Of a DNA stretch of 40,411 nucleotides, positions 10,171-20,949 are shown piece by piece. Within the stretch, counting starts at the first letter, position 1, and every line of letters starts with the position of its first letter. The stretch lies in assembly GCA_020053195.1 (NCBI GenBank), contig JAGVNQ010000118.1, positions 1 to 40,411 of the forward strand, given 5' to 3'. The stretch is from Sideroxydans sp. Lineage in GTDB: Bacteria; Pseudomonadota; Gammaproteobacteria; Burkholderiales; Gallionellaceae. Made by a program: the position numbers and the translations under genes. A model generated the notes under the pieces. It saw nothing but the letters and a program-made list of their open reading frames with translations, ran no database searches and was not told the DNA's origin.

Positions 10171-10183
10171 TTTCGGCAATCGA

Positions 10184-11197
10184 CTACACCAACACTGAAC
10201 GGAAAAGACGGCGAAACACTTTGAGCAATACGTTGTAATAATTGGCCGCAAATAATGGCAGCCACATTAACGGTGCTAGAAAAACGTAATACCTCCAGTT
10301 ATCGCCAAACGCCTCTTTTAGCCCGGCCGACATATCCTGATCCGAAAACTTACTTGCCCCTTTGCGGAATTCAAAAATAAAACCCGGGAAGAAATTTACG
10401 ATAGTGCCATTTTGAATGGCTCGGGCTATTTCTGGTTTGCCTTGCAAAAGATCGTTGGTAATTTTTACCAAATTACTTCCAAATACTTTAACCAAGCCAT
10501 AGCCACCAGAGTTTGAACCTTTCGCTGCGACCACCCAATCTTGTATCACTGCAAAACGTTTCCCTTCACGCATAAGCGGTAGAACCCAACTTAACTGTAC
10601 AAGATTGCTAGCCATCAACTGATTTTGATAATTGAGCCCAACACCACTGCGCACTATTTGACCCGAAATAAAAGTAAGCATTACATTTGTATAACGGGAA
10701 AATGCCAAAGAACTAATGTATGAAGATGTGCCGTGATTTTTGTTTAGCTTAGGTTTATCCGTATAGCTTTCGTTGAACCAGTAATTATTGACATACAAAA
10801 TATCAACCTCGTCGTTGACAAGAACATCTAACACTTTCTTTAGTCCGCCAGAAAGAATCACATCATCGTCACCCATGATCCACACATAGGGAGTTGTTGC
10901 AGCACCATAGCATTGGGCGATATTTTTATCCGCACCAATATTCTCAATATTGCGTACCACCTCGAAAGCTCCTGTATGTCTCTTGCGATAGTGCGCGATA
11001 ACGTCAGGTGTTTTGTCCGAAGAAGCGTTATCAGATACATACAGCTTGACCAAACACTGCTGGTCTTTATTGAGGCTATCAATTTCATCACCAATTTTTT
11101 CCATGCAGAGAGCAAGATAATCTGCCCTGTTGTATGTGGGTATAGCGATGGTCAATAGCGGATGGCTTCTTATTACAACAATTTCTATATCTTGCAT
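10184..11197 (-). CDS. Glycosyltransferase family 2 (RfbV/WbaV dideoxyhexosyl-transferase-like)
   Basis: LTIAIPTYNR, SDNAS, NIGADKN, MGDDD; ATG 11197 directly follows the flippase stop. Confidence 0.85.
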   Translation of the reverse strand: MQDIEIVVIRSHPLLTIAIPTYNRADYLALCMEKIGDEIDSLNKDQQCLVKLYVSDNASSDKTPDVIAHYRKRHTGAFEVVRNIENIGADKNIAQCYGAATTPYVWIMGDDDVILSGGLKKVLDVLVNDEVDILYVNNYWFNESYTDKPKLNKNHGTSSYISSLAFSRYTNVMLTFISGQIVRSGVGLNYQNQLMASNLVQLSWVLPLMREGKRFAVIQDWVVAAKGSNSGGYGLVKVFGSNLVKITNDLLQGKPEIARAIQNGTIVNFFPGFIFEFRKGASKFSDQDMSAGLKEAFGDNWRYYVFLAPLMWLPLFAANYYNVLLKVFRRLFRSVLV

Positions 11198-11198
11198 C

Positions 11199-12575
11199 TT
11201 AACTTGGCCTTTCATGACACTGCTGTCGCGCAGTTTCCTGCCACTCACGCCGCTTCGAAAGGAATATTTTACTGCCCCATCCGACCCCTACAATACTATA
11301 AACAGCTGCATAGGCCGCCATCAGTCCAGTTGATCCATATTTATTACCCAACAGGACAGTAAGGCTACCAATTAGCGCGGCGCTGATTAAGCTTATCAGC
11401 ATAAACGGCTCTTCCTTATGCGCGCGCAGGTATGTTGCCTGGGCGTAGGTTACATATGCGAGTATGGTCGCCAATATCAGAAGCAGGAATGGCAAAGGGT
11501 CAAGAATACGATACGCAAACGGCATGAGCTCAATATGGGCGATATAGTTCATTGCGCACAAGCCCCCTCCAATCACCACCATTACTGCGAGTGAACGCGA
11601 TAAAGTTAATGCAAACACGCGATCCAGATTGTCGTAATCTTTTTTTGCAACAAGGGAGCCGAATCCTGGTGCCTTGGTATTCATCCAAGCTATCGCAATT
11701 CCCATCAACGCATTTGCGATCGAAATGCTCATGCCCATTTGCCCGGCTTCCACAGCTCCACGATATGCAAATATTGTCGGTGTAAATAATTGAAAAATAA
11801 AATAGCCACTCAGCCAACTTAATGCAATTCTCCACTGAAATGGCCAAATTTCAGTTTTCCATCTAACGCTACCGGCAGACAGCCTTTGTGCTAACAAATT
11901 AACTATAAAATTTTTCTTTGTGCGCCACAGCCATATAAATGCTGTCAATGCCAAGCCTGTATTCATTGCAGGCAAAGCTAGCAAACCTCCCCCCCCCATT
12001 AACACTAGCCATGCGAATAGACTGCTTACCATGCTCTGCTTCATTCTTAACCGCGCGACTTCGGTTACCCGGCCACAGCCTTCCAGCAAAGATAAATATG
12101 GCATGAGAAAAATATTTATCGCGGCAGCAAACACCAGCCAAATCCAAGCCAACTGCCAGTTGACTGAAGTTTGCGAATGGTTCGAGGAAAAGAAAATCCA
12201 ACCAATCGGAAGTATCACAACGATGATAAGAACTGCGATGACTCCGTACCATTTGGTTACCAGTAAGATCAGCGAACGCAGCCGACTTTTCGCGCCCACG
12301 TCTCCCTCCAGAGTATCCGTCACGGACCATGATAAGTTTGCCATTTCATGGCTAGCAAATTGCATGACCACGACACTCATGCCCAACTCAAAAAGTATCT
12401 GCATCGCCAATAGACTGGCAAAGGTGTAGTAATAACCTTGTTCATCAGGCGTTAGGTAACGCACAACCAGAAACAATGTAACGATGCCAGAAAGCAAACC
12501 CCAGCCTCGACCTGCCAAGGTATAAACAACTGCTCGATCTACACCCATAAAGACCAGCAATTTTTTCATACTCAT
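11199..12575 (-). CDS. Wzx-like O-unit flippase (MOP superfamily)
   Basis: 458 aa with many hydrophobic segments; LTPDEQGYYYTF…FELG N-terminal pattern; cluster context. Confidence 0.75.
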   Translation of the reverse strand: MSMKKLLVFMGVDRAVVYTLAGRGWGLLSGIVTLFLVVRYLTPDEQGYYYTFASLLAMQILFELGMSVVVMQFASHEMANLSWSVTDTLEGDVGAKSRLRSLILLVTKWYGVIAVLIIVVILPIGWIFFSSNHSQTSVNWQLAWIWLVFAAAINIFLMPYLSLLEGCGRVTEVARLRMKQSMVSSLFAWLVLMGGGGLLALPAMNTGLALTAFIWLWRTKKNFIVNLLAQRLSAGSVRWKTEIWPFQWRIALSWLSGYFIFQLFTPTIFAYRGAVEAGQMGMSISIANALMGIAIAWMNTKAPGFGSLVAKKDYDNLDRVFALTLSRSLAVMVVIGGGLCAMNYIAHIELMPFAYRILDPLPFLLLILATILAYVTYAQATYLRAHKEEPFMLISLISAALIGSLTVLLGNKYGSTGLMAAYAAVYSIVGVGWGSKIFLSKRREWQETARQQCHERPS

Positions 12576-12624
12576 CTATTTGCTTAGTTAAACTTCAAAG
12601 AAAAAATAAGTTCTCGATGTCGGA

Positions 12625-13785
12625 TTATTTCTTCTTATATAAAAATTCAAATTCATCCATATTTGAATTTCTGCCCAGATTCCATGCTGCGAATTCTTCG
12701 CTAATCAGTTCAAAATTATCCGGTATTGGAAAATCTCTAGCTGACACAAGACTATGTTTTGTGTGGTTCACGTGAAAAAACCAGCCGCCTTCTTTTATTA
12801 GCTTGGATGATCGCAATACATAATGGCTTATTGTTTTTGCTGACATTTCAGCAAGGCTGTATGAATTAAATATCAAATCGCATGTGGCATCAGGCAGCTT
12901 ATCCAATTGGAAACTCGGCATCAAAATGATGTCGTAGTCAGCCAACTTCATTCCATCAAGCTCCGCCTCTCCGTATAGCAAAACCTTCTTTTCTGGAAAT
13001 GCTTTCAATAAGTAATAAGTTGTAAGCGCCAGGTTTTCGGGTAAATCAAAATCTATGTAAGTAGAATTTTTTGCATCACGTATCAAGTAATATGCCATCC
13101 CGCCAAAACCGCCACCAATCTCAGCAACAATCTTTCGACCTTGTTTCACATTGAGCAAGTCGTTTATCCGAGTGGCATAGTAGTGCTGGTAATCCGCTCC
13201 TGACTTGATAAATTTCTCATCAATGAAATACCCATATGGGTTGCCGATCACTGGCGAGATCAGGCTATCAATAGGGAATCGTTGACCCAATAATTTCTTC
13301 CACAAATTAAATCTGTGGATAGAGTCATTCAAATATAGCGACTTATTAACATAGCTTATATTTTGAGCCTTCCCAAAAAACGAGCTCTTCATATCAACAG
13401 GCAAACCGACTAATCCAGTGCTACAAGGCTCGCGCCAAAAATTTCTGTAAATTTTATCAAGGTCGCTTGTATTGCATTCCTCCAAGGCCTGAATTGCCTC
13501 TTTAAGATTATGTTTATATATGGGCAACCATTCGTTGCTTGGTCGAAATACTTCCGAGTGCGCAAGAAGATCATTCGATGCTTTTATATAGGCAACTGAA
13601 ATACGCTTGAGTAATGCCGAATCATCACCGGACAACTCTTTCCTATCTTCGACGCACTTGGCAACGTCACTATTCATTCTGTAGTTCTTATCGTTTCTAA
13701 AGCTATTACTCTTTAGCAAAACGTTGATAGGTGTGTATATCCATTTATTAAAGCGATTTACGTTCTTTCTAAAAAAATTCGACAT
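12625..13785 (-). CDS. Putative SAM-dependent sugar O-methyltransferase
   Basis: EIGGGFGG motif I, YIDFDLPE, DLIFNSYSLAEM; very AT-rich gene. Confidence 0.75.
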   Translation of the reverse strand: MSNFFRKNVNRFNKWIYTPINVLLKSNSFRNDKNYRMNSDVAKCVEDRKELSGDDSALLKRISVAYIKASNDLLAHSEVFRPSNEWLPIYKHNLKEAIQALEECNTSDLDKIYRNFWREPCSTGLVGLPVDMKSSFFGKAQNISYVNKSLYLNDSIHRFNLWKKLLGQRFPIDSLISPVIGNPYGYFIDEKFIKSGADYQHYYATRINDLLNVKQGRKIVAEIGGGFGGMAYYLIRDAKNSTYIDFDLPENLALTTYYLLKAFPEKKVLLYGEAELDGMKLADYDIILMPSFQLDKLPDATCDLIFNSYSLAEMSAKTISHYVLRSSKLIKEGGWFFHVNHTKHSLVSARDFPIPDNFELISEEFAAWNLGRNSNMDEFEFLYKKK

Positions 13786-13803
13786 GCTTGATCCTCTATA
13801 TGA

Positions 13804-14739
13804 TTAACTTTGATGCGGATTTAATATGCCATACGATTCCAACAGCACCCCTTCAAGAGAGGTCAGGCTTGGCTGGTATCCAAAGTCGGCAGCACGAGTG
13901 TTCAGTGAGTAATAGTGAGGTTTTCTTCCTGTTGCATTTATGCCGACTGACGCGCCGGCAATTTCATAACGCAGGTCAAACTTTTCTTGCATTGCTACCA
14001 ACAGTTGCTGCTTTTCAATAGGCGCACGGCTATAACAATCTACTACTGCATTGGCAACAGGCGCAGAAAGTAGCACATTGACCAAACTATAGAAATCGGA
14101 TGGATGTAGATAATCGCGCACAATAAAATCAGGTGAGATTTTCAACACAGTTTTATCGCGAATTGCGCGCAAAATATCCATAATTAAAAAACGTGCTGAA
14201 ATATCTTGCGAACGACTAAAGTAATTAAACACGCGAATGTCGATGATAGACAATTCGGGATGTGCGCGATGTCTGCACTCTGCGTGCAACTTGGCTACAC
14301 CATACCAATCCTGCGGTGTTAGCTTGTTTATTGCCACAACGGCTGGCGTATCCTTGGTGGCTGGCTCGTTGAAATTCGAGCCGTATGCAGCACCACTGCT
14401 CAAGAATAAATATCGACATGCCGAATGAGTATGCAAATAATCCAGCACCATTTCGTCAAAGTGCAGGGTTATGTCAAAGATCGCATTCCCCATCGCGGCT
14501 GCCTGTGCCGGATTGCCCACTCCGACGAAATTGATGATCACATCAAACTCCTGCTTGGCGAACGCAGAAAACTCGTCTATCGGACAGCGCCCTGATAGTC
14601 CTGCATTTCCCAACCACTTTGCCAACTCATCTGTCCGACGCGCAAATAAATGCAAATGTTTGTCAGTTTCGGCTGAGCACGAAACGATCAGGTCTCTGGC
14701 GATCTGACTGGTTGCTCCTAGAATAGCTATGCGCATCAA
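13804..14739 (-). CDS. NAD-dependent epimerase/reductase (extended SDR)
   Basis: Degenerate Rossmann motif GATSQIA, LSSGAAYG, YGVAK (YxxxK), RDYLH. Confidence 0.82.
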   Translation of the reverse strand: MMRIAILGATSQIARDLIVSCSAETDKHLHLFARRTDELAKWLGNAGLSGRCPIDEFSAFAKQEFDVIINFVGVGNPAQAAAMGNAIFDITLHFDEMVLDYLHTHSACRYLFLSSGAAYGSNFNEPATKDTPAVVAINKLTPQDWYGVAKLHAECRHRAHPELSIIDIRVFNYFSRSQDISARFLIMDILRAIRDKTVLKISPDFIVRDYLHPSDFYSLVNVLLSAPVANAVVDCYSRAPIEKQQLLVAMQEKFDLRYEIAGASVGINATGRKPHYYSLNTRAADFGYQPSLTSLEGVLLESYGILNPHQS

Positions 14740-14751
14740 GAAGACAACCTT

Positions 14752-16557
14752 CTATTCTTCTAGCGGTTTAACAATCATGTTGGCAAGAAATTCTGTCCGA
14801 TCCAGAAAGGGATACATGTCCTCTAAAGGTTTGGACACCATACGTCCATCCGGCATTTTCTTGGAGCTGGCGGTCGGAATGATCTCCTGATTTTGCGGGC
14901 ACATCACTTCAAGAATCATTGGGCCGGCGGTCTTCATCATTATTTCCAATGCCGCATCCAGCAAGGCCGGCTCCGCCACGCGATGAAATGGAATGCCATA
15001 TGCGGCAGCGATCTTCTCATTGGATGGAAATGACACGCCATTTTGTGCATCGGTTCCCAGTTCACGGCCTGAAAAGAATTTGCGTTGGGTGGCGCGGATG
15101 GAAAGGTAGCCGTTGTTGTTCCATACCACGAGCTTTACCGGGAACTGGTGGTATACCAGTGTCTGCAATTCCTGAATATTCATCTGCAGCGATCCATCGC
15201 CGGTGATACCGACAACTTCTCCGCCATTTCTAGCCACGCTGACACCGATTGCAGCAGGCAGCGTAAAGCCCATATCCGCTTGTGCGCCGGAGGTCACATA
15301 GCGTTGCTGATCTCTGATTTTCAAGGCTTGCGAGGTGACGTAGTACGATGAGCCGGCATCTGACACCACCACTGAATCTGCTTTGAGATGATCTTTCAGC
15401 TTTTCAACGAAAAGGTATTTGTTGATGCCCTCTTTTTCTTCAGCATAGTCTGACAAGCAAACCGGCCATTGCTCTCGCCACTTGCGGCAAGTTTCTCCCC
15501 ATCCAAGCCAATCTTCTGAGGATTTGGGGGCTGCGAATTTTGCAAAGAACTCCGCCACATCCGCATGAATGAATTGATCGATTTTGACGGTATTTTTTTG
15601 ATGTTCTTCAGGGTCGATGTCTATCACCACCAGATCGGCTTCTCTGGCAAATAACTCGTACTCAAAGCCGGTCAGAGCGACGCTGAGATGGCAGCCAATT
15701 GAAATGACCAAGTCAGCATTTTGTACCGCAAAGTTTCCGGCTCGATCTCCCTTGATACCGAGACGACCAACATACTGAGGATGATCGCTGGAGAGCAAAT
15801 CGACTCCCAGAAACGAGACAGCAACCGGAATCCTGCTCTGTTCGATAAATTTCTGGAACGATTCTACAGCCCCCCCCAAACGTATGCCGTTTCCCGCAAT
15901 GATAATTGGACGTTTGGCCTTTGCGAGCTTGTGTCGCAACGCATCAAGGTCTTGCGTTGTTGGAGCTGGCTTGGTATCTGCACCAAGCTCCGGCGTGAAA
16001 TGTCTCAGCGCGCCCGGATCAACCGTCGCGCCCTGCACATCAAGCGGCACATCAATCCACACTGGACCGGGACGGCCTGTCTTCGCCAGAAAGGCCGCCT
16101 TTTCCAGTTCAAATAAAATATCCTGCGGATCGTTAATCATCACCGCATATTTGGTGAGCGGCTTGACTACCGCAACAATATTCGCCTCTTGAACACCGAA
16201 CTGCCTGAGCGACACAGTTGCGTTGTAGCAAGTTTCCTTCCGTTTGACTTGCCCGGACACGAAAATGCACGGCACATTGTCTTGCCACGCATCGAGCAGG
16301 CCAGTGATGGCATTGGTCGCACCGCAACCGGTCGTCACAATTGCCGAGGCGTAACCATTGCGCAGCTTGGCATAGCCGACAGCACCCATCGCACAAGCCT
16401 GCTCGTGATGGTTGCATACCGCTTTCATTTGAGGATGCGCTGCCACCGCATCATTCAGAAACATCGCGCCGCCACCGGTCACGGTGAAGACCGTATCGAC
16501 ACCCAACTTGTATATGAAATCAACAAGAACATCGCTAACTCTATTCATTTGGCTCAT
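14752..16557 (-). CDS. Thiamine-diphosphate enzyme, acetolactate-synthase-like (YerE-like sugar carboligase candidate)
   Basis: HHEQA catalytic Glu, GRPGPVWIDVPLD, GDGS…NN ThDP motif; embedded in the CDP-sugar operon. Confidence 0.88.
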   Translation of the reverse strand: MSQMNRVSDVLVDFIYKLGVDTVFTVTGGGAMFLNDAVAAHPQMKAVCNHHEQACAMGAVGYAKLRNGYASAIVTTGCGATNAITGLLDAWQDNVPCIFVSGQVKRKETCYNATVSLRQFGVQEANIVAVVKPLTKYAVMINDPQDILFELEKAAFLAKTGRPGPVWIDVPLDVQGATVDPGALRHFTPELGADTKPAPTTQDLDALRHKLAKAKRPIIIAGNGIRLGGAVESFQKFIEQSRIPVAVSFLGVDLLSSDHPQYVGRLGIKGDRAGNFAVQNADLVISIGCHLSVALTGFEYELFAREADLVVIDIDPEEHQKNTVKIDQFIHADVAEFFAKFAAPKSSEDWLGWGETCRKWREQWPVCLSDYAEEKEGINKYLFVEKLKDHLKADSVVVSDAGSSYYVTSQALKIRDQQRYVTSGAQADMGFTLPAAIGVSVARNGGEVVGITGDGSLQMNIQELQTLVYHQFPVKLVVWNNNGYLSIRATQRKFFSGRELGTDAQNGVSFPSNEKIAAAYGIPFHRVAEPALLDAALEIMMKTAGPMILEVMCPQNQEIIPTASSKKMPDGRMVSKPLEDMYPFLDRTEFLANMIVKPLEE

Positions 16558-17732
16558 TTATTACGCTCCTGTATTGCCTGCTTGAGCTTACCGATCGCAA
16601 GCTCAATATTTTCCAAGGTGTTCACATAACACAGGCGAACAAAATCCTCGCCATGTTCGCCAAAATTGTTGCCCGGCAGCAGTGCCACACCGGCTTTTTC
16701 CAAAGCAAAATCGGCAAATTCTTCGCTCGTCATGCCAGTGCCAGAAATGTTCGGGAAGGCATAAAGCGCCCCTTCCGGCTTCACGCATTTAACTCCTGGA
16801 ATGCTATTTAGTCCTGCTACCAGCACATCGCGTCGCTGCTGATAAGCATCCAGCATTTCTGTCAACGCAGATTGATCTCCCTTGATCGCTTCAATTCCGG
16901 CAAGCTGAATAAATGGCGGCACGCAGGAAACAATCGTTTGCACCACCAGTCCCATTTTTTCGATGACCTCTTTAGGTCCGATAGCCACTCCCAGCCGCCA
17001 CCCGGTCATCGCAAACGCTTTGCTAAAGCCGTTGATGATGATGGTTCTTTCCTTGCATTGGTCAAAGATTGCCGGTGTGTGGAAACGGTTTTCGCCGTCG
17101 AACACCATGCGCGCATAAATTTCGTCGCTCAACAGGTAAATGTCATGTTCCTTGGCGATACGCGCCACCTCGTCAATTTCTTCTGGAGTCATAACAGCCC
17201 CAGTCGGATTGCTCGGTGAGTTGATGATTATCAATCGCGTCTTGGAAGTGATACGTTTGCGCAGATCGTCCGGGTTCAGCCTGAATTGATTGGATTCATG
17301 CAAAGGCACGCTGACCGGGATAGCCCCGCAGTATCGAATTGCCGAGTAGTAAGTCGGAAACCCCGGATCAGGAACTATCACCTCTTCGCCCGGATTTACC
17401 AAACAACTGACGGCCAAGTAAATGATCGCATTGGCTCCCGGCGTGACCAGTATCTGCTCAATTTCAGGCTTGAAGCCGCGAGAAATTTGCGTCGTCTGTT
17501 GCACTACTTCACGAAAGGCATATATCCCCATCGAACTTGTATAGTGTGTCTCGCCGTTTTTTAATGCGTGACAAGCGGCATCAACAATGTTTGCGGGCGT
17601 GTCGAAGTTGGGTTCACCCAGCTCGAAGTGAAGAATTTCGCGCCCTGTTCGTTCAAGTTTTTGAACTTTGTCCAGCATCTTGAACATCGGCTGGCCTTCC
17701 ACATTGAGAGCTGCTATCGACAGATGTTTCAT
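16554..17732 (-). CDS. PLP-dependent class I/II (aspartate-aminotransferase-like) aminotransferase
   Basis: GEPNF, NSPSNPTG, SDEIY, SKAFAMTGWRLG. Confidence 0.92.
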   Translation of the reverse strand: MKHLSIAALNVEGQPMFKMLDKVQKLERTGREILHFELGEPNFDTPANIVDAACHALKNGETHYTSSMGIYAFREVVQQTTQISRGFKPEIEQILVTPGANAIIYLAVSCLVNPGEEVIVPDPGFPTYYSAIRYCGAIPVSVPLHESNQFRLNPDDLRKRITSKTRLIIINSPSNPTGAVMTPEEIDEVARIAKEHDIYLLSDEIYARMVFDGENRFHTPAIFDQCKERTIIINGFSKAFAMTGWRLGVAIGPKEVIEKMGLVVQTIVSCVPPFIQLAGIEAIKGDQSALTEMLDAYQQRRDVLVAGLNSIPGVKCVKPEGALYAFPNISGTGMTSEEFADFALEKAGVALLPGNNFGEHGEDFVRLCYVNTLENIELAIGKLKQAIQERNK

Positions 17733-17740
17733 AATTTTCC

Positions 17741-19060
17741 TTAGAAATTCACGCCGAAAAATGCTTCAATTTTCTCGACCACGAAACTCAGCATCTCTTC
17801 GCTCAATCCCGGATACACACCGATCCACAAGGTGTCGTTCATGATCTTGTCGGTATTGGACAGTTCGCCGCTAATGCGGTAAGCACGCCCCGCAAAGTAC
17901 GGCTGGCGCGTGAGGTTGCCAGCGAATAGCAGGCGCGTGCCGATCTTGTATTGATCCAGATATTTCAACAGTTCGACACGTTCAACTCCCGCCTCTTCGC
18001 GCAGGGTGATCGGGAAGCCGAACCAGGAGGGTTCGCTGCCCGCAGTGGCTTCGGGCAGGATCAGGAATTCTTCGCAGGATTTCAGGCGTTCTTTGAGGAA
18101 GGCGAAGTTGCGTTGGCGCGCTTCGATGAAGTCCGGCAGCCTGTCCATTTGCGCCAGCGCACAGGCCGCTTGCATGTCGGTGATCTTGAGGTTGTAGCCC
18201 AGATGCGAGTAGGTGTACTTGTGGTCGTAACCTGAAGGCAATGAGCCCAGTTGCTGACCGAAGCGTTTGCCGCAGGTGTTGTCGCAGCCCGGCGCGCAAT
18301 AGCAGTCGCGTCCCCAATCGCGGAACGATTCGATGATGCTGCGCAGGTCGCGGTCTTTGGTGAATACCATGCCGCCTTCGCCCATGGTGATGTGGTGCGC
18401 GGGATAGAAGCTGCAAGTGGCGATGTGGCCGAAGCTGCCGACGTGCCGACCTTTGTAGCGCGAGCCTAGCGCATCGCAGCAATCTTCGATGACCCATAGC
18501 TTGTGTTTTTCAGCCAAGGCCATGACGGCATCCAGATCGAACGGGTTGCCCAGCGTGTGCGCCACCATGATGGCTTTGGTCTTGGGACTGATTGCCGCTT
18601 CAATTTTGTTCGGGTCAATGTTGTAGGTGGGGATGTCCACGTCCACGAATACCGGCACCATGCCGTTTTGCATCATGGGGTTCACGGTGGTGGGGAAGCC
18701 CGCCGCGACGGTGATGACTTCGTCGCCCGGTTTCAAGGCGCGCGCGCCCAGTTTGTGCGAGGTGAGTGCGGTGAAGGCCAGCAGATTGGCCGATGAGCCG
18801 GAGGTGGTGGTCAGCGCGTAAGGCACGCCGACGAATTCGGCGAAACGTTTTTCAAATGCTTCGTTGAAACGCCCGGTGGTGAGCCAGCCATCGAGGGAGG
18901 CCTCGACCATGTTCTTCAGTTCGGCAGCACCCAGCACTTTGCCGGAAGGCGGGATGACGCTGCTGCCTGCGTTAAACGGCTTGGCCGCATATTGCAGCGC
19001 GCTGTATTGTTCGACCAGATTCAATATTTGTTGTTTTATTTCTGTCTTTTCCACTTGCAA
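17741..19060 (-). CDS. rfbH: CDP-4-keto-6-deoxyglucose 3-dehydrase (E1, DdhC/AscC)
   Basis: [23 protein letters not shown] (His in place of the Schiff-base Lys), GRDCxCxxxCDNTC [2Fe-2S] motif, YDHKY; GTG 19054 is an alternative start. Confidence 0.95.
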   Translation of the reverse strand: MQVEKTEIKQQILNLVEQYSALQYAAKPFNAGSSVIPPSGKVLGAAELKNMVEASLDGWLTTGRFNEAFEKRFAEFVGVPYALTTTSGSSANLLAFTALTSHKLGARALKPGDEVITVAAGFPTTVNPMMQNGMVPVFVDVDIPTYNIDPNKIEAAISPKTKAIMVAHTLGNPFDLDAVMALAEKHKLWVIEDCCDALGSRYKGRHVGSFGHIATCSFYPAHHITMGEGGMVFTKDRDLRSIIESFRDWGRDCYCAPGCDNTCGKRFGQQLGSLPSGYDHKYTYSHLGYNLKITDMQAACALAQMDRLPDFIEARQRNFAFLKERLKSCEEFLILPEATAGSEPSWFGFPITLREEAGVERVELLKYLDQYKIGTRLLFAGNLTRQPYFAGRAYRISGELSNTDKIMNDTLWIGVYPGLSEEMLSFVVEKIEAFFGVNF

Positions 19061-19068
19061 ACTCCCGC

Positions 19069-20148
19069 TTAGTGTCTTTGAATGCTTTTGTTGTAGGCGC
19101 TGATCTGACTCAAGGTCAGTTCGCGCATGTCTTTTCCGTCACGATGGGCGCGATGCCATTCAACGATCGCGCTCAATGCGTCTTCAAGATGCCATCGCGG
19201 ATGCCAGTCCAGTCGCGCTTTAGCTTTTGAACAGTCCAGCTTCAGGTAATGCGCTTCGTGCGGATGCTCGCCGCCATCCAAGACCCAGCTCGCGCCTTCG
19301 CCCCACGCCCCGGTCAGTTTTTCGACTATCCATTGCACGGGTTTGGCATCTTCTTCGGCAGGTCCGAAGTTCCAGCCTTCGGCATATCCCGCGCCTTCTT
19401 CGTAGAGTTTTTGTGCCAGTTGCAGATAGCCCGCCAGCGGCTCCAATACGTGCTGCCAGGGACGGATGGCATGCGGGTTACGGATGTTGACGGGCTTGCC
19501 TTGGGTAATGGCGCGCATGATGTCGGGAATGAGCCGGTCGCCCGCCCAATCGCCGCCGCCGATGACATTGCCCGCTCTGCCGGAGGCGATAGCGACTCCG
19601 TGGGTTTGATATTTGTCGGGGTGGAAATACGAGTTGCGATAGGCGGCAGCCACCAGTTCCGCGCAGCCTTTGCTGCTGCTGTACGGATCATAGCCGCCCA
19701 TGGCTTCGTTCTCGCGGTAGCCCCACACCCATTCGCGGTTCTCATAGCATTTGTCGCTGGTCACGTTGACCACGGCTTTGACGCTGGCCGTGCTGCGTAC
19801 CGCTTCCAGCAGGTTCACCGTGCCCATCACGTTGGTGGAATAAGTCTCGACCGGTTCGATATAGGAGTAGCGCACCAGCGGTTGTGCCGCCATGTGGATC
19901 ACGATTTGCGGCTGGTGTTCGGCGAATACGCGGCGCAGGTGTTCCAGATCGCGGATGTCGCCAATGATGCTGGTCATGCCTTTCGCAACTTCTGCAACCT
20001 CGAACAGGCTGGGGTTGGTCGGCGGCGCGAGCGCATAGCCCACCACGTGTGCGCCCATGGATTGCAGCCAGAGCGACAGCCAGCTTCCTTTGAAGCCGGT
20101 GTGTCCGGTCAGCAGGACGCGTTTGTCTTGCCAGAATGACGGGTTCAC
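19069..20148 (-). CDS. rfbG: CDP-glucose 4,6-dehydratase
   Basis: FW…[42 protein letters not shown]; GTG start in a GTGA overlap with rfbF. Confidence 0.96.
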   Translation of the reverse strand: MNPSFWQDKRVLLTGHTGFKGSWLSLWLQSMGAHVVGYALAPPTNPSLFEVAEVAKGMTSIIGDIRDLEHLRRVFAEHQPQIVIHMAAQPLVRYSYIEPVETYSTNVMGTVNLLEAVRSTASVKAVVNVTSDKCYENREWVWGYRENEAMGGYDPYSSSKGCAELVAAAYRNSYFHPDKYQTHGVAIASGRAGNVIGGGDWAGDRLIPDIMRAITQGKPVNIRNPHAIRPWQHVLEPLAGYLQLAQKLYEEGAGYAEGWNFGPAEEDAKPVQWIVEKLTGAWGEGASWVLDGGEHPHEAHYLKLDCSKAKARLDWHPRWHLEDALSAIVEWHRAHRDGKDMRELTLSQISAYNKSIQRH

Positions 20149-20918
20149 TTCCACACCTTCCATGGTGCTTTGCCGGATTGCCATAATTCTTCCAGGTGCA
20201 TTTTGTCGCGCAGGGTGTCCATCGGTTGCCAGAATCCCTGGTGATGGAATGCTGCCAGGTTGCCCTCTTCCGATAGCCGTTCCAGCGGTTCGCGCTCCCA
20301 GGTTGTTTTGTCGTCAACGATGTAGTCAATGACTTCAGGCGACAGTACGAAGAAGCCGCCGTTGATCATGGCTCCGTCGCCTTGGGGCTTTTCCCGGAAG
20401 CTGTTGACTCTGTTGCCTTTCATGTCCAAAGCACCAAAGCGTCCGGGCGGCAGGGTGGCTGTCAGGGTGGCTTTGACTTTCTGTGCTTTGTGGAAGGCGA
20501 TCAGTTCTGTGATGTTGACATCGCTTACGCCGTCGCCATAGGTGAAGCAGAATGCTTCTTCGTCCTTAACGTAGTTCGCCACGCGTTTCAAGCGTCCGCC
20601 GGTCATGGTGTCTTCGCCGGTATCCACCAGGGTCACTTTCCACGGTTCGGCATAACGCTGATGAACTTCCATCCGGTTGTTCTGCATGTCGAAGGTCACG
20701 TCCGACATGTGCAGGAAGTAGTTGGCGAAATATTCCTTGATGACATAGCCCTTGTAGCCACAGCACACCACGAATTCGTCGATGCCGTGTGCCGAATAAC
20801 TCTTCATGATGTGCCACAGGATAGGCTTGCCGCCTATCTCGACCATGGGCTTGGGACGGGTCGAGGTCTCTTCGCTGATGCGTGTACCCAAACCGCCTGC
20901 AAGTATGACTGCCTTCAT
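20145..20918 (-). CDS. rfbF: Glucose-1-phosphate cytidylyltransferase
   Basis: [45 protein letters not shown]. Confidence 0.97.
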   Translation of the reverse strand: MKAVILAGGLGTRISEETSTRPKPMVEIGGKPILWHIMKSYSAHGIDEFVVCCGYKGYVIKEYFANYFLHMSDVTFDMQNNRMEVHQRYAEPWKVTLVDTGEDTMTGGRLKRVANYVKDEEAFCFTYGDGVSDVNITELIAFHKAQKVKATLTATLPPGRFGALDMKGNRVNSFREKPQGDGAMINGGFFVLSPEVIDYIVDDKTTWEREPLERLSEEGNLAAFHHQGFWQPMDTLRDKMHLEELWQSGKAPWKVWK

Positions 20919-20949
20919 TTACGTCTCCTGAGAATCAGCGCAATTAAGT

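Noticed and set aside
14752-17732. Housekeeping ilvB and aspC annotation
   Set aside because: No ilvH/ilvC nearby; both genes are tightly packed inside an AT-richer sugar operon.
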